Origin: Octopus sinensis
Lineage: Eukaryota
NCBI RefSeq assembly: GCF_006345805.1
Contig: NW_021833435.1
Coordinates: 8,929-72,928, forward strand
Length of the DNA: 64,000 nt
Direction: 5' to 3'
The notes below the pieces were generated by a model, which saw only the letters and a list, made by a program, of their open reading frames with translations, did no database searches and was not told the DNA's origin. Position numbers and translations under genes: made by a program. The stretch's first letter is position 1. The number at the start of each line of letters is the position of its first letter. Positions 48,652-63,200 of this stretch are shown here, one piece after another.

Positions 48652-51600
48652 GTTGGTGCTCTCTATTCTACTTTTCAGCGCTTTTATAGATCACCAAATT
48701 CAAAAATGCAAAAGATTATCCAAGCTGTTCAGCTACGAAGGGGACTGGAATTAAAAGCTTTAGCACAGAAATCTGTTAATAGTCCAGTAAGGTTTTTTTC
48801 TTTTCTTTTTTTTTTCAATGTTTTTATCTGTCTTTGATTTTAAAAAAATACTGTCGAGATTAAGTTACATATGCTAACATGCTAACTTAAAGATAGCATT
48901 TTGGCAGTGACATATATAAGTAAATCAATTATCCAGAGTATATTTTTTGTGTGAAGTAAGTAAAATATATTAAACACAGTTGGAGAATGGCAGGAGCAGG
49001 GTTAAGAATTACTGATGTGGAGATTCCTGCAGTGATTAATCAACGGTCACCCTCATTCAGTACACTTTTGATCAAAGGCTTCCAACCACAATCATCTGTT
49101 CTCTTATATAGCGGAGACCACGACTGAGGCTGTTCCCATGTGTGGTTAGACACTGATGAGCCTTCATAGAAATTGTAAATACAAATTGAGATATTACAAT
49201 AAGCTAAAAGTAGCTACTTGAACCATTTTGATTGACTTCGCGCACACACCACTTTTATTTTTTTCAGTATGCTTGTTTGAAGCGATCACTTCGGAAACAA
49301 ATTTATGCAGATTGTAAACAAACACAAAATGGGGGATCAAAGTTTGGAAAATTTGTGAAGCAAATACTGGGTACTGTTGTGGATTTAGTTTTTATACAGG
49401 GAAACTAATGTTAGTCAGCACGGCTTAGGGTACGATGTGGTCTGGAAGTTATTGTTTGAAGCGATCAATGTGGAAACAAATTTACGCAGATTGTAAACAA
49501 ACACAAAATGGGGGATCAAAGTTCGGAAAATTTGTGAAGCAAAAATACTGAGTACTGCGGTGGGTTTAGTTTTTATACAGGGAAAATAATGTTAGTCGGC
49601 ATGGTCTAGGGGACGATGTGGTCTGGAATTTATCACTTCCATACCATAACCAGGGCTGTATATTATTTTTTGACTGGTCAAACTTACGGTGGATTCCAGT
49701 ATTTCAGTTTATTCCACCTTTATGGTACACCTGTTGTGCATTAAATTCAATTGATGATCTAGTGATGTGCACAATTCTTCTTTATCAAAATTTTGTTGCA
49801 TCACCATTTGAATATTAGCTGATGATTCATTTTCTATGGTGATGTTTAAACAAAATTTTAATATTTTTACCTTTTGCTCAATTTACCTGGATTTACCTGT
49901 AATTAAAGTCACTTTGAGACAAAAGTTATGCAATAGAATTGATTAAGAACCCTTTCTTTAATTATGTTCCAAATATCACATTAATATGTTGATAAGTAAA
50001 AAAGTTACAGTTATTTAATGAAACAAGCCTAAATTCATGATTATTTTAGAATTTAATTGAAATTCATGAGGGGTGTATTTTGGTCAGAAATATTGTAACG
50101 AAAGGGTTAAATTATGATGATGTGCTTGAAAGGTGATGGTTGTTATTCTCCTTTCCAAAGTGAAGAAAACATTTGTTTATCTTTCATGATTTCATTTCCA
50201 AGATTCACAATGCCATATACCAGTGGTTCTCGACCATTTTTTTTATTTGTGGAACCCTTTGAGTTCTATTTTACTTGGGTGGACCTTCATTGCCAGTCAG
50301 TGTTTAAAAACATTTTTGTATTGTTTAAAACATGTATATATATTTTTATTATGTTTCTATTATAACGGTGATTATCTGGTTTATAATGGTTTTGACTTGG
50401 AAGAGATAATAAATATATATTTTTCTTGAGTAGGAATCTATGGTGATAAACGTGTCACTTATAACTTAATCATAAGCATTTATCACCATGCATAAGTCTT
50501 AACTGAGGCTGTATAACTGCTGTGGGGAATTATACACACCACAAGACGCTGAACATGCTTGCTTTTTGTTTTTCACCTCTATAACAACAGTTTCATACTT
50601 GCAGAAATAAATTTCATCGACAGGTTGAAGAAAATGAAGAAAAAGAAATTATTTACTAAATTAGTTTGTTTACAGTACATTTATAAGTCAAAAGAAAAAT
50701 GTCATAGTGAATTACGACATAAAATTTATATTAACTAATTCTTCCATAACTAAGCTACAAGAGTTTTAAACAATTCAAAATAGCCTTGTTGAATTATATA
50801 AAAGACTTGGCATTGCAATGACCACTATCTCAAGTGAGTGAGTGCCGTGGAATTGAGTGACAACCAATGAACACTGATTAATTTCCCCAAAATCAGGGTT
50901 TTTAAAGCTGTTCCTACCTGAATACTAAGAACTGTATTTTGTGAAAGATTTCTCTTTGATGAAAGTTAGAATTCAAATATGGGCAGTAATTTTAACCAAT
51001 AGGAAACTAATAATTATACCTATTCGGGCAACATGACCATTACATCATATTACCGCCGATAAGGGTTTATTAGGACTTGCATCGTTACACTGTATTTAAA
51101 AACATTTTATATGTTTATAATTAAATATTATTAGTATCCGAGTTGACAGTACCTTGGTAGATAAAGCAATTAAGAGTATGAAGACAGGTAAAGCCCCCGG
51201 CCCATCAGGAATCACTGCAGAGATGCTCAAAATATCTGGCAGTGTCGGCTATAGCCTAGTCAGCTGTATAGTTAACCAGGTGATACACGAAGGAGTCATA
51301 CCCAATGACTGGTGTAGCAGCACTATAGTCAATTGCTACAAAGGTAAAGGTAACGCTTTCGATACAAATAATTAGAGAGGTATCAAGATATTGGATCAAG
51401 TAATGAAGGTCATGGAGAGGGTTATAGCCCAACTAATTAGGGAGAGAGTCAGTTTACATGAGATGCAGTTTAGGTTCGTGCCAGGGAAAAGCACCCACTA
51501 CACTCTCGGAGTGGTTGGCGTTAGGAAGGGCATCCAGCTGTAGAAACTCTTCCAGATCAGATTGGAGCCTGGTGCAGCTATCTGGTTTGCCAGTCCTCTG

Positions 51601-54600
51601 TCAAATCGTCCAACCCATGCCAGCATGGAAAATGGACGTTAAACGATGATGATGATGAATTGTATAAAAGAAATTTTAATATTTTGTGTATTATAGAAAT
51701 ATAACCAATTTATTGCACATGATTTGTTTAATGAGCAAAATCTCATATGGGCCCCACTTGAGAGCCACTGCCGTAAACGTTTTATGAGGAATGTTACAAG
51801 TTTAGTAATGTGTCCTTTTCACTGAAACTTCTCAAGTTCTGATAGTGACTCAGCAATTAGAGCAAGGTCATCAGCATAGAGGAGCTCCCAGGGGATCCTG
51901 TCTTGAATTCCTCCATTATTGCTTGGAGGACTATGATAAATAGGAGGAGGCTGAGGACTGAACCTTGGTGGACCCCAACCTCTCTTAAAGTGAAATAATA
52001 TCATTATCTTGTTTTTCAGGTTCGAAAGAAAGCCAAACTGAGTAAATTAATTCCTCAGGTTCAATCTTCAGTAAATGATTATGTACCAACTTCTGATATT
52101 GTGAGGCCGGACCACTTTCCTGAAACTGTTTCATTCAACAGGATACTCACATTTGAAGACCTTCTTCAGTATATCGATCAAATTCAAGTAAGAGCAGCTT
52201 TTCTTCCTTATTTTCCTTCCCATTTTGATTAAATAAACCTTATGTGAGAAACACGGATTTAGGTAATTAACAAATGTTTCTTAAAGATAACACAGTCAAT
52301 AAATAATGCAAGACATGTATAATGTGTGGGGGTTTATACTGGGTAATGTGATACTGAGGTATGTGATCCCTACTCATAACTGCTGACGGATCGGCTGTAT
52401 GGTAAGTAGCTTGCTTACCAACCACATGGTTCCATGTTCAGTCCCTCTGCGTGGCACCTTGGGCAAGTGTCTTCTACTATGGCCTTGGACCGACCAAAGC
52501 CTTGTGAGTGGAGTTGGTAGACAGAAACTGAAAGAAGCCCGTCGTATATGTGTATGTTTGTGTGTCTGTGTTTGTCCCCCCAACATCGCTTGACATCCCC
52601 GTAACTTAGTGGTTTGGCAAAAGGGACCGATAGAATAAGTACTAGACTTCCAAAGAATAAGTCCTGGGGTCGATTTGCTTGACTAAAAGCGGTGCTCCAG
52701 CATGGCCACAGTCCAATGACTGAAACAAGTAAAAGAGTAAAAGTATAAGTTTGTGTTATTAGACCCTAGTAGTTCAGTTTGCTTTCAATTTTTATTACTA
52801 GTAACACTTATTGTGATTGTGTCTAGTGGACTTAGGCTTAGCTGACTCTTTAGTGTATGGCTGCATCAGATGCAGAGCAATTTTTTGATACAATAAAGAA
52901 TAAGTGTTGCATATCTTTTATACCAATAAGTATCAGGTTGGAATGAAAGTTACGTCTGATTGTAAAGTTTTTATTTATGTTTCTAGAAATATTTAATTAT
53001 TCTCATAATGACCATTCCTTCATAGAACCTTATTTCATTTGTCAACAAGCTTATAGATGCTGTGATTGTAAAATGCTTTAGTTTTTGATGCAAAGTATGA
53101 TACCAATTATTTTCAGCCTCTTCTCCTGATGTCAACCTAAGACCATCCAAGTGATTCTGTGATAATCATGGGGTGCAAGGACAGGAGAATATGGACGATG
53201 AAGCAATTTCTCTCAACAGAGCTCTTCCAAGGGATCTTCTGTCAATTGTGTAGTATGTGGGTGAGCATTATCGTGATGCACACACACACATACTCACACA
53301 CACACACACAAACGTGGCGAGCTGGCAGAAACGTTAGCACACCAGGCGAAATGCTTAGCAGTATTTCGTGTGTCTTTATGTTCTGAGTTCAAATTCCGCC
53401 AAGGTCGACTTTGCTTTTCATCCTTTCGGGGTTGATAAATCAAGTACCTATTTCTTTACTACCCACAAGGGGCTAAACACAGAAGGGACAAACAAGGACA
53501 GACAAACGGATGTCGATTTTATCGACCCCAGTGCGTAACTGGTACTTATTTAATCGGCCCTGAAAGGATGAAAGGCAAAGTCGACCTTGGCGGAATTTGA
53601 ACTCAGAACGTAGCGATAGACGAAATACTGCTGACCATTTCGCCCGCGTGCTAACGTTTCTGCCAGCTCGCAAGTACTATTTAAGTACTGGGTTCGATCT
53701 AATCTACTGGCCGCCTCCCCAAAAATTTTGGACCTTGTGCCTGGAGTAGAAAAGATTAACGTGATGCAGAATGACTCCCTTTCTGTTAGGATGGGTGATT
53801 TTTGTCCAAAGCTGCTTTCAAACGATGAAGTTGATTGCAGTAAAGATTGGTGTCTAACAGTTTGTAATGGATAATTTCCTGAATATTCCACCATACATTC
53901 CTCAGGATCTTCTTTGGATGAAGTCATCCTCTTGGTTGCTGAGCTGGTCTGCTTCCTCAACTGATTCATTGACATCAATGTTAAATACTATGATAAAGGA
54001 TCCACTTCTCAACACCAGTAACAAGCCTCTCCAAAAATGGCATGTGACACTTGTCGTGTAAGCAATGACTCACAACAAGCAATAAATTGTTGCAGATTCT
54101 CTTGAGATGGGTCGTGCGGGACCTATTTTCCAACTACTGAAGCCTTGCCAATTCTTATCAGTTCGCATAGGATAGTTGTATGGCTTGCTTTGAATTTCTT
54201 GGCTAGTTCCCTAGCACTAGGAACAGGGTTTGCTGTGATAACATCTTCCAGCTCTTGGGAATCAAAAGCTTTCAGATGATCTTTCTTTGGCTCATTGCCT
54301 AAGTTTCCACTTTGAAAACAGGGGAAACCAATTCCTGCAACTTCTTTCATTTACTACATCTCCTAAGTACTCTGAATGGAATTTGCTGCTGCTGCACTCA
54401 CGTTGACACCTTTATGAAACTTGCATGGTAAAGCACATCTAATGTGTTCTTTGATTGAAGTGAACATCAAAGAAGACTGTGAGCAATATTCTTTTAGCCT
54501 GAAAGAAGAAAATATAAATTACTCTTTGTTTCATTCCATGATTGACAACAAGAAGCAATACTTTAATAAATGTTGTCTAAAATTTCATTTAGAAAATCGA

Positions 54601-56014
54601 ACTAAACTTTCATTCCAACCTGATACAATGCCGTATTTATGGCATAAAAGACACACCAGCATATTCAACACACCCTAATCTCAGCTGTGCCTATTTTGGA
54701 AAAAGTAAGCATCAGGAACGAAATTAGTTTATGGGACCTGGGGTCACTTTTTGAGAGCTTTCTTTTATTAAAAATGTCTGTCTTCATTGGTAAATACAGT
54801 ATTTAAACAGTATCGGTAAATACTGTTTATTTAAAGAATGCTGATCAGAAGAAATCTAACAATTAGAGCTAAACTTTTTCCAGGTGTAAAAAGTACAGCA
54901 TGGGATCATTTGCAATGTTTTGTCAAAGAGTAAGTGATTCTTGGTCTTTTCATAAATATCTTTTTTAATCTTTAATTGTAGCTCCCAATTCAAATGGGTT
55001 CTGTGATTGATAATCCGTTGCTTCAGTACCTGATCACATACAACAAAAACCGACACATAACAGGCCAGTTTAATTGGTGGCTCTACCACACTTGTTACGA
55101 TGGTAAGTCTTCACAGGAATCTCTTTGAAGTCTCTTTTTAAAAAAAGACTTGTTTCATCTTTCATTTTTGTTCTTGTTTGCAGTGGTTTCTGTCTTTCAG
55201 TTGTGGCCATACTGGGGCATGCCCATCAAGGATTTTAGTTGATACACAAACAAACAACATGCATATATTTGTACACATCCCTCTCTCTCTTTTGGAGAGG
55301 CACTGAGCAGCTATATGCACACATGCACACACGGCAGTAACATCCGCCTACCGAATTCAATCACAAAGCTTCGGTCTGCTCGGGGCTATAGCGGAAGACA
55401 ACTACCCAAAGTGCCACGCAGTGAGCCAGAACATTATTGACAATGATTTCAAAGTTTAAGGTGATAGGCCATCGTCAGATAGTCCAACAATGGCTTAACT
55501 GGCCAAAACTTCAAAGTCTCTGTCAACAGTATACTTGTTTAAGAATTATAAATTTGTATTGTAGGGAAGTGGAAAGTAACCCATCAAATTAATGTGTAAA
55601 ATTGTTTTCTTGAGGCAATCGAAATCGATCAAAAAAATCAATGGAAATTGTAGTTGTGATACCAGTGCCGGTGCCACATAAAGAGATCCGTCCGAACGTG
55701 GCCATTGCCAGCGCTGCCTCGACTGGCCTCCGTGCCGGTGGCATGTAAAAAGCACCAACCAATCGTGGCCGTTGGTGTCACCTAAATAGCACCTACTACA
55801 CTCACGGAGTGGTTGGTGTAAGGAAGGGCATCCAGCTGTAGAAACACTGCCAGATCAGACTGGTGTCTGGTGCAGCCTCCTGGCTTCCCAGACCCCGGTC
55901 GAACCGTCCAACTCATGCTAGCATGGAAAACGGACGTTAAACGATGATGATGATGATAAATGAATACCAAAATAATCATTAACATACGTGTGTACATATA
56001 TATGTGTGTGTGTG

Positions 56015-56046
<32 letters not shown>

Positions 56047-57214
56047 GGAATATGTACTTACATACAAGGCCAAAGAGGGTACGGACGTCGCTATATATAT
56101 TATTTTATGTAGAAAAATACAAACTGGGACAAGAACGTAAAACATTTAGAAGACGATACAAAAAACACGGACGGGACATTCGAAGCCTTCAATCTTCAGT
56201 CATGAACCAGATCATCGTAGCAATTTCGGCTGATTAATCTTGAGATCGCTCTGATCCGGCCAGCCCCAAGGAAAAACTAATCTACGAGCATTAGATTTCT
56301 TGGAAGAAGGATCGAATGTATACGAAACAGGGACAGAAAAACGGACGATGCCACACGAATATAAAATACAAAAAACAATAATGGTAAAAACAGGACAAAA
56401 ACAGCGGGTATCTTACGACTAGTAAACAGTACAACAAGTTTAGCTGGCGTATTTGGAGAAAATGCCTTTATCGGCAGACGAAGACAACAGATCAGAGTAG
56501 AGTGCAAAGTGTGAAAGGCAGAGAAATGTTGGAGAGAGAGAGACAGTGTGTAGAGTCGTGCCAAATTTTATAGGAATATGTACTTACTTCTTGACTGAAG
56601 ATTGAAGGCTTCGAATGTCCCGTCCGTGTTTTGTGTATCGTCTTCTAAATGTTTTACGTTCTTGTTCCAGTTTGTATTTTTCTACATAAAATAATATATA
56701 TATAGCGGCGTCCATACCCTCTTTGGCCTTGTATGTAAGTACATATTCCTATAAAATTTGGTACGACTCTACACTCTGTCTCTCTCTCCTACATTTCTCT
56801 GCCTTTCACACTTTGCACTCTACTTTGATCTGTCATCTTCGTCTGCCGATAAAGGCATTTTTTCAAAATACGCCAGCTAAACTTGTTGTACTGTTTATTA
56901 GTCGTAAGACACCCGCTGTTTTTGTCCTGTTTTTACATTATTGTTTTTTGTATTTTATATTCGTGTGGCATCGTCCGTTTTTCTGTCCCTGTTTCGTATA
57001 CATTCAATCCTTCTTCCAAGAAATCTAATGCTCGTAGATTAGTTTTTCCTTGGGGCTGGCCGGATCGGAGCGATCTCAAGATTAATCAGCTGAAATTGCT
57101 ACGATGATCCGGTTCTTGACTGAAGATTGAAGGCTTCGAATGTCCCCTCCATGTTTTTTGTATCATCTTCTAAATGTTTTACGTTCTTGTCCCAGTTTGT
57201 ATTTTTCCACATAA

Positions 57215-57280
<66 letters not shown>

Positions 57281-60200
57281 GTACATATGTATGCCATCTT
57301 ATCTCAGATTTTTATTCTTACTGAACCCAGTGTGTTTCATTTTCTTCTGCAGCTCTTCTAGAAAACAGTGTACCATATTCTGATTATCTGGAAGAGTTTC
57401 TGTCAAAGTTAGCAGGCTTCATGCGTCGTGTTAAGGTATTTATTTTTCCGTTTTTATTTTCCATGATTTTGATAATTGTAAATTATTTTGAGGTCATTTC
57501 CTTTTGTAGAAAAGAATAAAAGTTCTTAATATTGGAGAACATTATTATTATAGATATTGCTAAATATCATTTACATTGAATTATTGCTTTTGTTGGAAGT
57601 AATAGCAGTATCATTAAAAAAAATTTTTTTAGAATTCCTCTTTATTTTTGTCTAAATATTGCTCACTATTTAAAACTTTGAATAAAGACTTTTCTACTCT
57701 CATACGTATATCTGTCCTCATATTCTAAGATCTGTCAAACATTGATTTTTCTTCTGTAAATGTCCTTTATCATATTCCGTAGAGGGTACGAGAGAGCATG
57801 AGCAGCAGTTGTCTATAGAACAACAAAGCAGATCATAGCTTCTTTTGCATAAGGATATTTTGTTAACGACCAGTTTTGGAGCAATTTTCAACATTCTTTG
57901 ACCGAGCAGCACTAACATATGTGAGAACTGTCTGTGATTTTTTGGCACTGAAGGACTCCAAAGGAGAGATATTTAGCTTCAGTTTTATGACAGCAATGAA
58001 GAGATAAATATGCTTTCACTGAGGTCAAGTCTTAAGATGATCTGGTACCTGCTCTTAACATTTAAGTAAATTGAAGCACTCTAAAAACCGTAATAAAGCA
58101 CCAGCATTATATATGTATATATTCTTTTTATTTTTTTTCAGTCTAATTATTTTTAGACTGTTTTATTTCTCTTTTATTGTGATGGTCTTTCTGTTCTTGC
58201 CTTTATGGCCACTGTGGCAAAACGTATTGGTGATAATTGCCATTTTCTTTGCATAATTAATTATTCGTTTCAATCATTACATGTGATTTAGGACATATAA
58301 CTTCTCATTAAGGCTACAAACTGGTACAATTGTTTGCAAGCTGAACAAAATGCCTAATGACTTTTTTTCTGGCTCTCTGCATTCTGAGTTCAAATTCTGG
58401 TGAGGTCAACTTTGTCTTTATACTCTTGGGGTTTGATAAAATAAAGCAGCAGTGAAGTATGAAATTGACTTACCTCCTCCCCTCAAAATTCCTGGCCTTG
58501 TACCAAATTTAGAATTATTTTAGAGAGAATGTAGTTTTAGACATAAGGCCTTTTTTTTTAGTTTTTTACCTCATTTTTCTTACAGAATTATTTTAGCATG
58601 ATGGTGATGAATTAATTAATTTATATTTTATTTCTACCCCAATCAGGAAGGCACCCCAGCTATTGAATATTTTCTGTACCAGTTCCTTGATACCTGGGAT
58701 GGATTTCATTTTAATCAGTCCATTTTTAAATTGATTCCACACATCCGAATACACAAGTTTTCAGGTAAATATGGTTTTTAAAATGTAGTTAATATGATTT
58801 ATGTTTTACTAATAATATATTTATTATATTTTGATTATCCTCAAAAAAGAACAGAAATAGAGAATGTCAAGATTGTTGACATGAAAGTGCAAATTCTGAA
58901 CTCTGGAATGGAATAAAAAAAGATAACTGCCTTTTGAATTCATGGTGATATGTAAATCACTTTGATTGAACTTAGATGAGAACTTTTTTTTTATTGGTGG
59001 TCTCCCGATAGGCTTCATTGTTAATGTTATTATTTTTGTTATTTCTTTAGCCAGTTTATCGCAACTATATTCTTTTTTAACTCTTTTACTTGTTTCAGTC
59101 ATTTGACTGTGGCCATGCTGGAGCACCACCTTTAGTCGAGGAAATCGACCCCAGGACTTATTCTTTGTAAGCTTAGTACTTATTGTATTGGTGTGTTTTG
59201 CCACACAGCTAAGTTACGGTGGACATAAACACACCGGCATCGATTGTCAAGCGATGTTGGGGGGACAGCACAGACACACAAGCGTATACACATATACATA
59301 TATACAACGGGCTTCTTTCAGTTTCCACCTACCAAATCCACTCACAAGGCTTTGGTCAGCCCAAGGCAATAGTAGAAGACACTTGCCCAATGTACCACGC
59401 AGTGGGACTGAACTCGGAACTATGTGGATGGTAAGCAAGCTATTTACCACACAGCCACTCCTACACCTATATGTACATGGTTGTGAGGCATAGTCTCATA
59501 CCAAGATAAACAGCACATGACCTTGCAGTTGGGGTCCAATTAGAATTTTCTTCAGGCTGGGTAGTCCATCACACTCAAAAGGTCCCAGAATAAGGGTTGT
59601 TGCAGGATGATGAACAAAACACCCATTTTTCCAGAGGTGAATTATTAAAACCTCAAAGAATCCCTCTCAGCACATGGCTGCAATGCTTCATCACTGCCCC
59701 TGCTCATGATCAGAGATGCACATATTGTCAGCCACTGAGGGACTTGCTGAACTAGTTATAGTCAAGCAGCTCACAAGCAAATCCGCTGTATTGAACAGAA
59801 TATTTGCTGTAGCCCATCATTTACAGCAAGTAAAAACATACGCATGGTAACACTTGCAATCTGTTACGGTCAGAAGCCATGAGAGCCACTGTCTGGTACT
59901 GCATCAGGGCATGATTATCATTATTATTATTATTGAATGAAATGGCAGTGCATGCCATCAGAGTCACACTGGAGTAAAATATACAAAGCCCAGTATACCC
60001 ATCGTGACTACCCGCCTGATGAGGGTACGCCAAGCACATGCATCACAAGCATATGTGCATGACATAGTGATTTCATATCCAAGTACACAGCATGTTAGAA
60101 TTTTCTTCACATCGAGTAGCCCATCCCAATCAAGAGTCCCCTGAATAAGGTTTGTTTAAGGATGTTGAACGAAACACCCATGTTTCCAGGGATGAATCAT

Positions 60201-63200
60201 TTACACCATAAAGAAATCCTCTCAACACGTGGCTATGATGCTCTGCCATTACTTCTGCTCATGATCAATGATGCGCATATCATCAGCCACCAAGGGCCGT
60301 GCTGAACTGGTTATGGTCAAACAACTGACAAGCAAATCTGTGGTATTGAGCAGAATATTTGCTGTAGCCCATCTTTTATACCAAGACAAAATATGTACAT
60401 GATAACACTTCCAATCAGTGAAGATCAGAAGCCATGAGAGCCACTGCCTGTTACTGCATCAGGGCATTAATGATGAGAACTATAAATGGCTTATATTGTT
60501 TGGACACTGATCAACAATGTTGTTGGGAAAGATACTTAACTCTTTTAAAAACTTTGGAGTTATTTCCCTTCGTAATCTCATGCAACCCAGATATATCAAA
60601 AGTAACGAATCCAATATTGAGAAAGAACAACAAAATGAGAAGAAAGTTATTTCGAGATTCCAGTCAAATGATCGATGAACAACAGCAAAAGGAAAAAAAA
60701 AAACAACAAAAAACAAAAGCAAAATACTATTCAATATTAACAATGTAATGAAAAGAATATATTAAATACTAACATAAAACGTGCATTGAGACCAAGTGAT
60801 TAATAGTGAAATGTTGAATTATTAATATATGAATTTTCTCTATTAAGATTTTAATAGCTTTTATTAAATACTAGCAGTATCGCCCGGCGTTGCTCGGGTT
60901 TGTAAGGGAAATAACTATATAAGCATTTTTAGAGAGTTGTAGCCAAAAAATAGCAAAAATATGCATTAAAAATGGGAAAAAATGATGGTAAATTTTTTTT
61001 TAAATCGTTGACTCATTGTAGACATTTTTAGAGAGTTACTTCTCTTATATAATAGCGAAAAAAAGCATTAAAATGGGGAAAAAAATGATGGTAAATTTTT
61101 TTTTAAATCGTAGACTCATCGTAGACGCGCGCTAATACCCAGAAGGGCTCGATATGAATCACGACTATAAGATACCCGGTTTGGGTTAAACTGCACCGCA
61201 AAATGTGGGAGTAGTTAGGAATCTAAATCGTAGGAGACAGACACACAACTTCACTTTTATATATAAAGATTTTCTAACCTCACGTGAAAGACCCTAGTAC
61301 TAGGGTGAGATTAGGTGCTAACCTTCTCCCAACCCCTTGTCTTCTTGGTGTGACATGGATGGATAGACGAATGTTGAGGTGGTTTGGCCACATGGAGAGG
61401 ATGGATGAAGAGTGGATGGTAAGGAGGGTGATGAAGGCAGAAGTGGTAGGCAACAGAACCAAAAGCAGACCTCGGTTTGTGTGGATGGGTGGATGGGTGG
61501 AGTGAGGAAAGCTTTGGTGGTTAGAGGTGTTGAAATGAGAGAGGCAAGAGAATTTATTATATGATAGGAAAGCTTGGAGAGTGTTTGTGGATGGATGAGT
61601 GAATTGATGTTGCTCAAAGGAGTACAGAACTAACGTGATGCAGTGGGGTTAAACCAGCATATGCTGTCGGGCCCCACTGCTGATACTGAGGATTGCATTC
61701 TATGATGATGATGCCTTGACCCGAGCATAGCACGGGGCTCGCCTCTTTGAGCTGGGAAATGAACGGAATGCCTGGTGTGTGTCTTGTTGTGGTTACCCAC
61801 GCCTAAAACATGGGGAATAGGCCTGGGTATATATATATATATATATATATATTTCTTGTACCTTTATTGTAGCTCATCTTGTGTATTATGAACCATTGCA
61901 GAATATTAATTGATGAAGTCACAATTGATTATTGGAGCAGGCATAGCCTGGGCTTGAATCAGATTTTGGATCAGACGTGGCCTTGGTTTGCAGCTTTTAC
62001 AAAAGCTACACCTGCAAACCTTTTAATTCAAGGAAGAAATTATCTAAAAATTTTATGTTTTCAGTGATAAGTTATTGTAAATCTTTACTTTCTTACTGAT
62101 ATCTATCGTTATTTTGTCTTTTCTAATTTTCCTTTCAAATATTGTATTCAGAACTCCATCAGATTCTGTTAGAACCCCTGAAGAAAATATTTTTCCGACG
62201 TGGAACTTATTTAAAGGTAAAATCAGAATATTGCATTACTCTTTTAATATTTCTCTTCTCTTCTTCATTCTGTTTTCATTGATATTTACTTTTTGCAAAT
62301 GTGATAATCATTTTTTTTTATTTCAAGAAAATGCTCTGAAATGCTTGTCCTCTGTATTTATCCTCTTCCTTCTTCTTCTTCATCTTCCTCAACATCTAGC
62401 TTCTGTGCTGGCACAGGTTGGTCAGTGTGACAGGGTTTGATGAGTCGATGGACTGAATCTTGCACCAATGTCTTTGGCCTTGTTGCCATGGCTGGCTGCT
62501 CATCCTAATATCAAGCACTTTACATCTAGTTTCTATGCTGGAATAGGTAGGATTGTTTCACAGGGTCTAATGTGTATGTGTCATAGACCAAGGGCCTCTT
62601 TGGTCTGATTGCTATCGTTGGTTGCCCTTCTTAGCTTCAACCACTTCACAGAAGTAGTGACAGGGTTGAGAAAAAGCAGTGGGCTATCCAATATCATAAG
62701 GGGCTAGTGTGGGCAGAAGATATGAGAGAAAAGGGTTTGGAAGGAAGCAATAGATTAATGGGGAGAGGAAACCTGGGTGAATCCTTGAAGGAAAGACCAG
62801 TGTAGGGGTTTCATGCAGGAAGGTGAGGAGGAGTGTCAAGGAGGCAGAGAAACTTTGGGGAAGAGGAGGCAGAGGGATATGGGATGAGGAGATTGTTATT
62901 AGTTTCTAAGATGCATCTTGCAAATGTTCAGTGATGTTTCTAGGGTCTCCACTGGGGTTTGGGTCTTCTAACATCAAACCCCACTCACCCAGTTGACCCA
63001 GCCAGGATTGATCAAGTCCCAACTTAGCATCCCAATAGCAGTAATCTCCCCTCTTCATCCCAAACCCACTCAGAGGCCTTCTCTGCAGTTTCTAACAATG
63101 CCGTTCATCAGAAAATACAGATATAAATAATACTTTCGACAGATACAATGAATGTACAAAGCATTGGCACATAAACATAAACTCATTCCTTTAGTTTACT

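Noticed and set aside
49145-49180. CTGATGAG...GAAA hammerhead-like strings here and CTGATGAG near 60016
   Set aside because: Stem II or GAAA and stems I/III cannot be formed convincingly.
61873-62067. AG-preceded open frame LILCIMNHCRILIDEV...
   Set aside because: No suitable donor, and exons 11 and 12 already join in the correct phase with collinear CENP-I similarity.
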